DNA of 58,852 bases from positions 1-58,852 of the forward strand of contig JAGWIS010000002.1 of assembly GCA_028866135.1 (NCBI GenBank), in the 5' to 3' direction. The DNA comes from Patescibacteria group bacterium (GTDB taxonomy: Bacteria; Patescibacteriota; Minisyncoccia; Phycocordibacterales; Phycocordibacteraceae). The notes beneath the pieces were generated by a model. It had not been told where the DNA came from. It worked only from the letters and a program-made list of their open reading frames with translations, and searched no databases. Position 1 is the first letter of the stretch. The number at the start of each line of letters is the position of its first letter. Shown piece by piece: positions 35,507-42,941 of this stretch. A program made the translations under genes and the position numbers.

Positions 35507-35613
35507 GCCTCGGTGTGGCGATTTTGGAGTACGGGATATTTTTCTGCTGAAAAATTTCCTCCTGCTCGGCTCGTCAGCCTACGCAGAGCCTCCAAAATCG
35601 CCACACCCTCGGC
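35507..35613. repeat. About 107-nt long-hairpin repeat after lepA
   Basis: Arms TCGGTGTGGCGATTTTGGAG / CTCCAAAATCGCCACACCCTCGG with a centre of TTTTTCTGCTGAAAAA. Related to 53247-53341 and to 28455-28480. Confidence 0.6.
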
Positions 35614-35633
35614 TCTCGCGGTATACTGGTATC

Positions 35634-35972
35634 ATGCACGCGAAGCAGTGGCGCCAGGGGTTGCTCATCGGCTTTCTTGTGCTTGTGGCTTTCTGGCTCG
35701 TCTCGCTCATCTGGGGGCTTTCGGGCAAGGCGCAAATCGCCGTCTCGCAGGCGCACGAAGCGCAGGCGCAGTACCAGGCGCTTGAAGATCGTAAAGCAGC
35801 GCTCCAGGCGACCCTCGATTCTCTGGGGACGGAGCGCGGGCAGGAAGCGGCAATTCGCACGGCCTTCGGAGTTGCGCGCCCCGGGGAAGAGGTTATCGTA
35901 GTGGTGCCCCCGACGACGACCGCGCCCACGACGTCGCCGTCCTGGTGGCAGGAGGTATTGAATTGGTTCTGA
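35634..35972 (+). CDS. Septum formation initiator (FtsB/DivIC-like)
   Basis: N-terminal transmembrane segment, a coiled coil (AQAQYQALEDRKAALQATLDSL), then IRTAFGVARPGEEVIVV. Confidence 0.65.
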   Translation: MHAKQWRQGLLIGFLVLVAFWLVSLIWGLSGKAQIAVSQAHEAQAQYQALEDRKAALQATLDSLGTERGQEAAIRTAFGVARPGEEVIVVVPPTTTAPTTSPSWWQEVLNWF

Positions 35973-36013
35973 GCGGGTATGGTTTAGTGGTAGAACCGCC
36001 ATTCGCTTTTTGT

Positions 36014-36084
36014 GCAGGATTAGTTTAGTGGTAGAATAAGTGCTTCCCAAGCATTGGGCGCGGGTTCGATTCCCGCATCCTGCA
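36014..36084 (+). tRNA. tRNA-Gly (anticodon CCC)
   Basis: Acceptor GCAGGAU/AUCCUGC, anticodon arm AGUGC-UUCCCAA-GCAUU, T-arm GCGGG-UUCGAUU-CCCGC. Confidence 0.9.
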
Positions 36085-36176
36085 CAAAGTGCGAATGCCG
36101 TTAAAAATCACTAAGGATTTTCAATTCCCAAGCAACGGGCGGGAGTTCGATTCTCCCATTCCGCACCAAAACACAT

Positions 36177-36776
36177 ATGGAAAAGATTGGAGCATGGGGC
36201 GACAGCATCACCTACGGCGCCGGGGATGAGGAATCCCTCGGCTGGGTGGGGCGACTGCGCCGCCGTTTCGAGAAAGAAAAGTACGTCGAAGTCTATAATT
36301 TTGGCATCAGCGGCGAGACTTCGAGCGACCTGCTCGAACGCTTTTCGGTTGAGCTCAAAAGCGTCCGGCCACAACTCATATTGATCGCTATCGGGACGAA
36401 TGATTCCATTTTCACGCAAGGAGAAGAGCAGGGAAGAAAGGTGTCACTTGAAAAATACGAAGAAAATCTCAAAAAACTCTTTTCGCTCGCAAAGCAAACC
36501 TCGAAACAGGTGTTTGCTATCGGGCTGACGATTGCGGACGACGCCCGTACGCAGCCGATGCCCTGGGGCACGACAGGAGATTCTTATAAGTCGGCCATTT
36601 TGAAGGAGTATGACGAAGTTTTGCAAACAACGGCGCAAAAGGCAGGAGTCCTTTATATCCGCATGTGGGACGTGCTTACCGCTTCTGATCTGGCCGACGG
36701 CATCCATCCGAATGCCGCAGGATATGAGAAGATGCACCTCAAGATATACGATGCAATCAAAGGTCTTTTTGACTAG
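36177..36776 (+). CDS. SGNH/GDSL hydrolase family protein
   Basis: Block I GDSITYG, block III GTNDS, block V DGIHPN. Confidence 0.85.
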   Translation: MEKIGAWGDSITYGAGDEESLGWVGRLRRRFEKEKYVEVYNFGISGETSSDLLERFSVELKSVRPQLILIAIGTNDSIFTQGEEQGRKVSLEKYEENLKKLFSLAKQTSKQVFAIGLTIADDARTQPMPWGTTGDSYKSAILKEYDEVLQTTAQKAGVLYIRMWDVLTASDLADGIHPNAAGYEKMHLKIYDAIKGLFD

Positions 36777-36826
36777 TTGGGTGTGGATAGCCATGCGTGG
36801 TATACTTGCCGCATAACGAACCAACC

Positions 36827-37069
36827 ATGGACAAAAAAGTAACCATTTACAGCACGCCGACCTGCCATTTTTGCCAGATGACCAAGGAATTTCTTAAGGA
36901 AAAGGGCATCGGTTATACCGAGTTCGACGTCGCGCGCGATCTCGCGAAGCGCCAGGAAATGATTCAGAAGTCCGGCCAGATGGGCGTACCCGTCATATTT
37001 GTGGGCGATGAGTTGATTATCGGTTTCGACAAGGAAAGGCTCGCGTCTTCGCTTGGCGTTACCGCATAG
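36827..37069 (+). CDS. Glutaredoxin-like protein (NrdH/YruB type)
   Basis: VTIYSTPTCHFCQ (CxxC) and GVPVIFVGDELIIGFD motifs. Start taken at MDKK. Confidence 0.85.
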   Translation: MDKKVTIYSTPTCHFCQMTKEFLKEKGIGYTEFDVARDLAKRQEMIQKSGQMGVPVIFVGDELIIGFDKERLASSLGVTA

Positions 37070-37077
37070 ATCGTCTC

Positions 37078-37149
37078 GCCCTTATAGTTCAATGGATAGA
37101 ACAGCCCCGTCCTAAGGGGTAGATGCTGGTTCGATTCCGGCTGAGGGCA
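37078..37149 (+). tRNA. tRNA-Arg (anticodon CCU)
   Basis: Acceptor GCCCUUA/UGAGGGC, anticodon arm GCCCC-GUCCUAA-GGGGU, T-loop UUCGAUU. Confidence 0.88.
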
Positions 37150-37173
37150 CTAGATCTGTTATACTAAACTCAC

Positions 37174-37464
37174 ATGGATCCCGAATTGAAACGGATGCTT
37201 GATGAGACGCACGCGCTTGTCAAAGATAATCACCGCATGCTGCGCGCGATCAGGAGAGACCAATGGATCGGGCTTATCGGCAAAATCATCATCTGGGCTA
37301 TCGTGCTCGCGCTGCCGCTCTACCTCTACCAGCAGTATCTGGGGCCGCTCGTGTCGAAGTTTTCCACGCTGTACGGCACGTCCATGCCGGGCACCGGCTC
37401 CTTCAGCATCCCGACTTCCGCCGAACTTCAAAAGCTGATAGACTCCTACAAAGTGGGGAAATAA
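37174..37464 (+). CDS. Hypothetical small membrane protein
   Basis: 96-aa frame with one transmembrane segment (LIGKIIIWAIVLALPLYLY). No motif was recognised. Confidence 0.55.
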   Translation: MDPELKRMLDETHALVKDNHRMLRAIRRDQWIGLIGKIIIWAIVLALPLYLYQQYLGPLVSKFSTLYGTSMPGTGSFSIPTSAELQKLIDSYKVGK

Positions 37465-37613
37465 CCCACGCGGACTTTCCCGCACACTAACTTTGGCGTC
37501 ATGGCTTTTCGCGAAGCCGATTTTATTGTAAGATGGCCGATACCTGCGCTAATTCACGCGTCTGAAGCTCGGTGCCTGTGGCCATGCTTCGCAACGCCAA
37601 ACTTAGTGTACGG

Positions 37614-37686
37614 GCTTGGATAGCTCAGTTGGTAGAGCACTTCCCTGAAGAGGAAGGGGTCGTCGGTTCGAGCCCGACTCCAAGCA
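37614..37686 (+). tRNA. tRNA-Phe (anticodon GAA)
   Basis: Acceptor GCUUGGA/UCCAAGC, D-arm GCUC/GAGC, anticodon arm CUUCC-CUGAAGA-GGAAG, T-arm GUCGG-UUCGAGC-CCGAC. Confidence 0.9.
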
Positions 37687-37818
37687 CTACTTCGCTCCAT
37701 TCGGAAATGGAGCTACGAAGTGCGCGGCACAATGATAGAGCAAACCGGTGGATTCGTCCGCCTTTCTGCGAAGTAGCCCTTCGTAGCCCGATAGGGCGAA
37801 GTAGGGCATAATTCCTGT

Positions 37819-38055
37819 ATGCATTACGTGTACATCCTACAGAATGGGAATGGAAGATGTTACGTCGGTTATTCACATGATTTGAAGCGGAGGTTGAGTG
37901 AGCATCAGTTTGGGAACGTCAGCACGACAAAAGTTTTCAAAAATGCCAAGCTTGCGTGGTATTGCGCCTTCGCCAGCAAGAGGAAGGCGCTCGGCTTCGA
38001 GAAATATCTGAAAGAAGGATCGGGACACGCTTTTGCGAGGAAGCGTCTCATATAA
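37819..38055 (+). CDS. GIY-YIG (URI-domain only) nuclease family protein
   Basis: MHYVYILQN...CYVGYSHDLKRRLSEH...EKYLK; 78 aa, 132 nt downstream of tRNA-Phe. Confidence 0.85.
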   Translation: MHYVYILQNGNGRCYVGYSHDLKRRLSEHQFGNVSTTKVFKNAKLAWYCAFASKRKALGFEKYLKEGSGHAFARKRLI

Positions 38056-38056
38056 C

Positions 38057-39163
38057 ATGCTACAACGGATCTTTCTCTGGATGAAGACCCACGAGCGGCA
38101 CCTCTCGGCGCTCGCGATGATTGCCGGCTTCATCGGCGACAACTTCTTTTTCGGGCGGGTCGATCTCTGGAAGACGCATGCGCTTTTTGCGCTTTACACG
38201 GTTGCCTGCTTCATCGCGATACCGCTTCTTCATGCGCTTGAAATTCGCGCGTCGCGCGTGGCGGCTCTCGGGGGGAGGCCGCCCTACGCTCGCTCCCGCC
38301 TCCTCCTGCCGTTTTTGATACAGTTCGCGCTCGGCGGATTCTGGAGTGGTTTCGTCATTTTCTATGGCCGCTCGGCAAATCTCGGTGCGTCGTGGCCGTT
38401 CCTTTTGTTCCTCTTTCTCGTCTTTCTCGGCAGCGAATACTTCCATCGCTATCACTCTCGACTCGTATTCACGAGCGTGCTTTTCTTTTTTGCGCTCTAC
38501 TCCTACGCCATATTCGCCGTGCCTATTTATGCCGGGAGCATCGGGACGGGCACGTTTCTCATAAGCGGCGCGATCGCTATTGGCTTGTTCGCGCTCTTTA
38601 CCATGCTTCTGCGCACGCTTGCGCGCGAGCGCTTCATGAACGACGTGTGGCGGATTCGCGCGGGCGCGCTGGCGGTGCTCGTCATTATCAACGTATCGTA
38701 CTTTACGAACGTTCTTCCGCCCCTGCCGCTCTCGGCCGAGGCTGCCGGAGTGTATCACGAGGTGTGGAGGGTTCCGGGCGCGTATCTGGCCCGCGGCGAG
38801 ACCGGAGAGTCCTGGCAGGCGCGCCTGCTCGGATTCCCCCCGACGCTTCATGTCGTTTCGGGCGAGTCGCTCTCCGCGTACAGCTCCATTTTCGCGCCGA
38901 CGACGCTCAGGGCGACCATCGTCCACCGCTGGCAGTGGTATGACCCGGCGCAGAAGGCGTGGGTGACCAAGGCGGTGGTCGCGTATCCGATCGTCGGGGG
39001 ACGCGACGGCGGCTACCGCGGCTACTCGACGGCGCCTATCGATGAAGCGGGAGAATGGCGGGTCAGCATAGAAACGAGCGACGGCCGCATCATCACGCGC
39101 CTGCCGTTTACCGTCGAGCACGTAGCAACGCCGCCGGTGCAAACAGCGGTTACGCTGAAATAG
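38057..39163 (+). CDS. Polytopic membrane protein with a beta-rich C-terminal domain (possibly DUF2914-like)
   Basis: About 7 transmembrane segments, then HRWQWYDP...GGYRGYS...GEWRVSIETSDG. The family assignment is from memory only. Confidence 0.65.
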   Translation: MLQRIFLWMKTHERHLSALAMIAGFIGDNFFFGRVDLWKTHALFALYTVACFIAIPLLHALEIRASRVAALGGRPPYARSRLLLPFLIQFALGGFWSGFVIFYGRSANLGASWPFLLFLFLVFLGSEYFHRYHSRLVFTSVLFFFALYSYAIFAVPIYAGSIGTGTFLISGAIAIGLFALFTMLLRTLARERFMNDVWRIRAGALAVLVIINVSYFTNVLPPLPLSAEAAGVYHEVWRVPGAYLARGETGESWQARLLGFPPTLHVVSGESLSAYSSIFAPTTLRATIVHRWQWYDPAQKAWVTKAVVAYPIVGGRDGGYRGYSTAPIDEAGEWRVSIETSDGRIITRLPFTVEHVATPPVQTAVTLK

Positions 39164-39168
39164 TTTTC

Positions 39169-39678
39169 TTACCCTGCCTTTACGCGGAGCTTGGTCTGCT
39201 TCGCTTTGTCGAGTCGCGGAAGGATGATGGTCAGGAGGCCGTCTTTTGCGCTTGCGGAGGAGGCCTCCACGTCGACTTCCTGGGGAAGGAGGATGGTGCG
39301 CGAGAATGAGCCCCAGAAGAGCTCGCGCGTGAAGTAGTCAGGGCCTGCGACCTGCTCACGCTCCGTGCGCGAACCGGAAATTTCCACCATATCGCGGCGT
39401 ATAGAAATGTTGAGCTCGTCGGGCCGCACGCCGGCCACGAACGCGCGAACGATGATATCGCCCGAGGTCTGGTATACGTCGATAGGGAGCTGGCCTTCGC
39501 TTGACGGAGCGTCGTCATCGAGCGGGGCCGGACGGGCGGGGGCCGCGCTCGCGCGGTCATGCGCGCCCTTGTGTGTGGATGGGGCCGGCGTAACCGGCAG
39601 TTCTTCGTCGAAGGAATCAAACGAAGCATCGGAGGAGCTTCCGGAAAGACGTTCAAAGAACGAGCGCTTCATGTTCAT
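39169..39678 (-). CDS. Hsp20/alpha-crystallin family small heat-shock protein
   Basis: Alpha-crystallin domain: PIDVYQT.GDIIVRAFVAGV, ISG.R, F.R...LP..VD and AKDGLLTIILP. Confidence 0.9.
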   Translation of the reverse strand: MNMKRSFFERLSGSSSDASFDSFDEELPVTPAPSTHKGAHDRASAAPARPAPLDDDAPSSEGQLPIDVYQTSGDIIVRAFVAGVRPDELNISIRRDMVEISGSRTEREQVAGPDYFTRELFWGSFSRTILLPQEVDVEASSASAKDGLLTIILPRLDKAKQTKLRVKAG

Positions 39679-39685
39679 AATGGGG

Positions 39686-40390
39686 TTAGCAGGTATTAGT
39701 AGGGAGGTTGCGGTACTGGAAATATTTTAGCACCTCGAATGCCGCGAAGAATGCGACGGCGACCGTCCACACGAGGAAGAACGCGGCAAAGGTGGGCAGA
39801 GTACCTTCATTGATGATAAGCGCATTGAACGCAGTGTGCAATGCGATCGCGAGGATAAGTCCGGCGGCCGACGCGAGGATGCGACCGGTAGGCCCCAATC
39901 CTCTTGAGAAGGCGAAGGCGAAGCCGATCGAGGCGGAGGCGACGACGTGGAGCAGCGTCGAGCCGAGGAAGCGGATATCGCCGGTGAAGAAGCTGGTGGC
40001 GATATTGCCGTCGGAAAGGGGCGTGAGGAGGAAGAGCATGTTTTCCGCCGAAGCGAAGCCGAGCGCCACGGTGATCATGTAGATCACGTAATCGGGCGCT
40101 TCATCGACCGCGTGCCGCCAGAGGATGAAGATCGCTGCCATGACGTACTTCAGTACTTCTTCGATGAGCGCCCACGCGCCGAGAACGGTCGTCATGTCGG
40201 TCAGATGATCTTTGGCGTATTGCTCAAAGGGGAGCGCGATCGGCACCGCCGCCATGCCCGCGACGAAAGCAAGGGCGATGAGTTTGCGCGGCTCCGGGCA
40301 GCGGGCGTCTTCCTTGAGGAGGAAATAGAGCCAGATGAAAGAAGGGAGGAGTCCGCCGAGAAATGCGTAGCCGAGCGTGGTAAAGGTCAC
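39686..40390 (-). CDS. PrsW family intramembrane metalloprotease
   Basis: EEVLKY, FASAENMLF and TLLHVVASA motifs across about 8 transmembrane segments. Confidence 0.8.
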   Translation of the reverse strand: MTFTTLGYAFLGGLLPSFIWLYFLLKEDARCPEPRKLIALAFVAGMAAVPIALPFEQYAKDHLTDMTTVLGAWALIEEVLKYVMAAIFILWRHAVDEAPDYVIYMITVALGFASAENMLFLLTPLSDGNIATSFFTGDIRFLGSTLLHVVASASIGFAFAFSRGLGPTGRILASAAGLILAIALHTAFNALIINEGTLPTFAAFFLVWTVAVAFFAAFEVLKYFQYRNLPTNTC

Positions 40391-40402
40391 AAGCGTATTG
40401 TA

Positions 40403-42556
40403 TCAGGCCTTTCCGGGCCACTTCGCTACCATCAGGAACTGAGCGTCCTTGGTCGGCATCGACTGCCAGATTTCCTCGGTGACGAACGGCATGAAAGGGT
40501 GAAGGAGGCGGAGCGTGCGGTCGAGAAGCGTGAGGAGAAGCGTCTGTCTCGATGCGCGCGCGTTTGCATCCGCGCCGGCAAGTATCGGCTTGGATTCTTC
40601 GAGAATCTTGTCCGCAAGTTCGTGCCACGCGTAGTGATAGAGTTTTTCTGCAGCCATGTAGACGCGGAATTCCTCGATATCGCTTGTCACTTCTTTTGAC
40701 AAGGCATCATGGGCGGAAAGTATTTCCGCATCGGCCGGCGTAAGGGGGTCGGCCCTCTCGATGCCGTGTGTGTTTTCGAGAATGAAGCGCGCAATATTCC
40801 AGAGCTTGTTCGCGAAGTGTTTATAGCCCTTCACTTTGTCTTCGCTGATGCGCATGTCGGTCCCTGGCGTGTTCCCGACGACAAGTGCCATGCGCGCGGC
40901 GTCTGCGCCAAACTTCGCTGTGATGTCGAGTGGGTCAAGATTATTCCCGAGCGATTTGCTCATCTTGCGCCCCTTGGCATCGCGCACGAGGCCGTGGAGG
41001 TAGACGGTCTTGAAGGGAATCGTGCCGAGTGCAAATTCGGTCATGAGCACCATGCGGGCGATCCAGAAAAAGAGGATGTCGTAGCCGGTCTCGAGGAGAT
41101 CGGTCGGATGGTAGTTCTTCATATCCTCCGTTGCTTCGGGCCAGCCGAGCGTTGAAAACGTCCAGAGGCCGGAGGAAAACCACGTGTCGAGTGTGTCTTC
41201 GTCCTGCACCCAGCCCTCTCCGGCAGGCGCTTCGCCCACGGCCACTTCCTCTCCCTTGTACCACACGGGGACGCGATGGCCGTACCAGATCTGGCGGCTG
41301 ATGCACCAGTCGCGGAGATTTTCTATCCAGTGGAAATACGTTTTTTCGAAATGCTCCGGGATGATTTTGATGGCTCCGGAGCGCACGGGCTCGAGCATGA
41401 GCTCTTTCAGGGTTTTCCCGCGTCCGGGAATCTCCCTATCTACTTCGACAAACCATTGAAGCTTCGGCAAAGGCTCGATGATGCCGCCCGTGCGCTCGGC
41501 GGTCGCGACATTCTGTTTAGTCTCCTCTTCTTTTTCAAGCAAGCTCTCGCTCTTGAGCCATTCGACGACCATCTCGCGCGCCTCGCTTGTCTTTTTGCCT
41601 TCGAGTCGCCCTGTGACCGTCATTTTCGCGTATTCATTGATGACGATGACTTCATGCGAAAGCTCGTGCCGATCGGAAATTTCCCAGTCTATCTGGCTGT
41701 GGGCGGGCGTAAGGCCGACCGCGCCCGTGCCAAACGCTGGATCCACCTCCTTGTCCGCGACTATTTTTATGTGAATCGGTACATCGCAGAAAGTCACGTC
41801 GTATTCTTTGCCGACGAACGCTTTGTAGCGAGGGTCGTCCGGATGCACCGCGACGCCGACGTCGCCCACCTTGGTCTCCGGGCGCGTAGTCGCGATGGGG
41901 ATGGGGAAGTCTTTGCTGTAGCGGAAAGTGTAGAGCTTTGCGGTACGCTCTTCATACACAATTTCGTCATCGGAAATGGTCGTCTGGCCTTTCGGATCCC
42001 AGTTCACCACGCGCAGTCCGCGGTAGATGAGGCCGGCATCGTACATCTTCTTGAAAACGGCACGCACGGCGCGACTCCTCTTTTCGTCGAGCGTAAACGC
42101 TTCGCGCGACCAGTCGAGAGAGGCGCCCATCGTTTTCAGCTGGCTGATGATCGTGTCGTGACTCGCTGCGGCAAATGCCTCGACACGCTTCAGGAGCTCC
42201 TCGCGCCCGAGATCGTGGCGGCTCTTCTCCTCGTCCTTCTTGATTTGTTTCTCGACGACCGACTGCGTCGCAATGGCCGCGTGGTCGGTGCCCGGCACCC
42301 AGAGCGTGCGGAAGCCGTTCATGCGCTTGTAGCGGACGAAAATATCTTCGACCGCGAGCATGAGCGCGTGGCCCATATGGAGCCGGCCGGTCACGTTTGG
42401 CGGCGGAAGCACGATTGAGTAGGCGGGCGCGCTCTCTTTCGTTACGTCTTGCTTCACGCACTCATCGGGATTGAAAAGGCCGCTCTCTTCCCATGCGGCG
42501 TAGATGCGCGACTCGGTCGCGGTCGAGTCGTAGGGCTTTAGGAACTTCTCGTGCAT
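40403..42556 (-). CDS. valS: Valine--tRNA ligase (compact form, 717 aa)
   Basis: PPPNVTGRLHMGHAL (HIGH region), KMSKSLGN, and the editing-domain block TTRPET. Confidence 0.92.
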   Translation of the reverse strand: MHEKFLKPYDSTATESRIYAAWEESGLFNPDECVKQDVTKESAPAYSIVLPPPNVTGRLHMGHALMLAVEDIFVRYKRMNGFRTLWVPGTDHAAIATQSVVEKQIKKDEEKSRHDLGREELLKRVEAFAAASHDTIISQLKTMGASLDWSREAFTLDEKRSRAVRAVFKKMYDAGLIYRGLRVVNWDPKGQTTISDDEIVYEERTAKLYTFRYSKDFPIPIATTRPETKVGDVGVAVHPDDPRYKAFVGKEYDVTFCDVPIHIKIVADKEVDPAFGTGAVGLTPAHSQIDWEISDRHELSHEVIVINEYAKMTVTGRLEGKKTSEAREMVVEWLKSESLLEKEEETKQNVATAERTGGIIEPLPKLQWFVEVDREIPGRGKTLKELMLEPVRSGAIKIIPEHFEKTYFHWIENLRDWCISRQIWYGHRVPVWYKGEEVAVGEAPAGEGWVQDEDTLDTWFSSGLWTFSTLGWPEATEDMKNYHPTDLLETGYDILFFWIARMVLMTEFALGTIPFKTVYLHGLVRDAKGRKMSKSLGNNLDPLDITAKFGADAARMALVVGNTPGTDMRISEDKVKGYKHFANKLWNIARFILENTHGIERADPLTPADAEILSAHDALSKEVTSDIEEFRVYMAAEKLYHYAWHELADKILEESKPILAGADANARASRQTLLLTLLDRTLRLLHPFMPFVTEEIWQSMPTKDAQFLMVAKWPGKA

Positions 42557-42663
42557 TCCCTAAAATATAGCAAATAAAGGCTATATTGGTTGCCTATTGA
42601 CTTTATTAATTAGTTGTGCAAGATTCTATTCGGATTCTTTCAACTTAAATAAGGAGGTGTGAC

Positions 42664-42897
42664 GTGCGTAAAGTAACGATTTCGTCCGAGGCCGAGTCAG
42701 TGATTACTGCCCCGAAAGGAGAACAGAAAAGAAGGATCGCAAAACTCTGCCGCCGTTGCGGGTTAACGGGGGAAGCCCGCGCCGTCGTCGATCGATTCGG
42801 GGAACTCGTCATCGAGATGCGCGATTGGGAGACAATGATCTCGCCAACCCGTGACCTTATGGAGGTGAAAGAACTGTCCGTAAGCCTTGGTCCATAA
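42664..42897 (+). CDS. Hypothetical small protein (GTG start)
   Basis: AAGGAGGTG Shine-Dalgarno site 7 nt upstream of the GTG, with a strong terminator right after the stop. AT-richer pocket; no motif was recognised. Confidence 0.45.
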   Translation: MRKVTISSEAESVITAPKGEQKRRIAKLCRRCGLTGEARAVVDRFGELVIEMRDWETMISPTRDLMEVKELSVSLGP

Positions 42898-42906
42898 GGG
42901 AGGTGT

Positions 42907-42940
42907 AAAAAACAGCGAGGTAACACCTCGCTGTTTTTTC
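42907..42940. terminator. Bidirectional rho-independent terminator (small ORF on +, tsaD on -)
   Basis: AAAAAA-CAGCGAGG-TAACA-CCTCGCTG-TTTTTT. Confidence 0.65.
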
Positions 42941-42941
42941 T

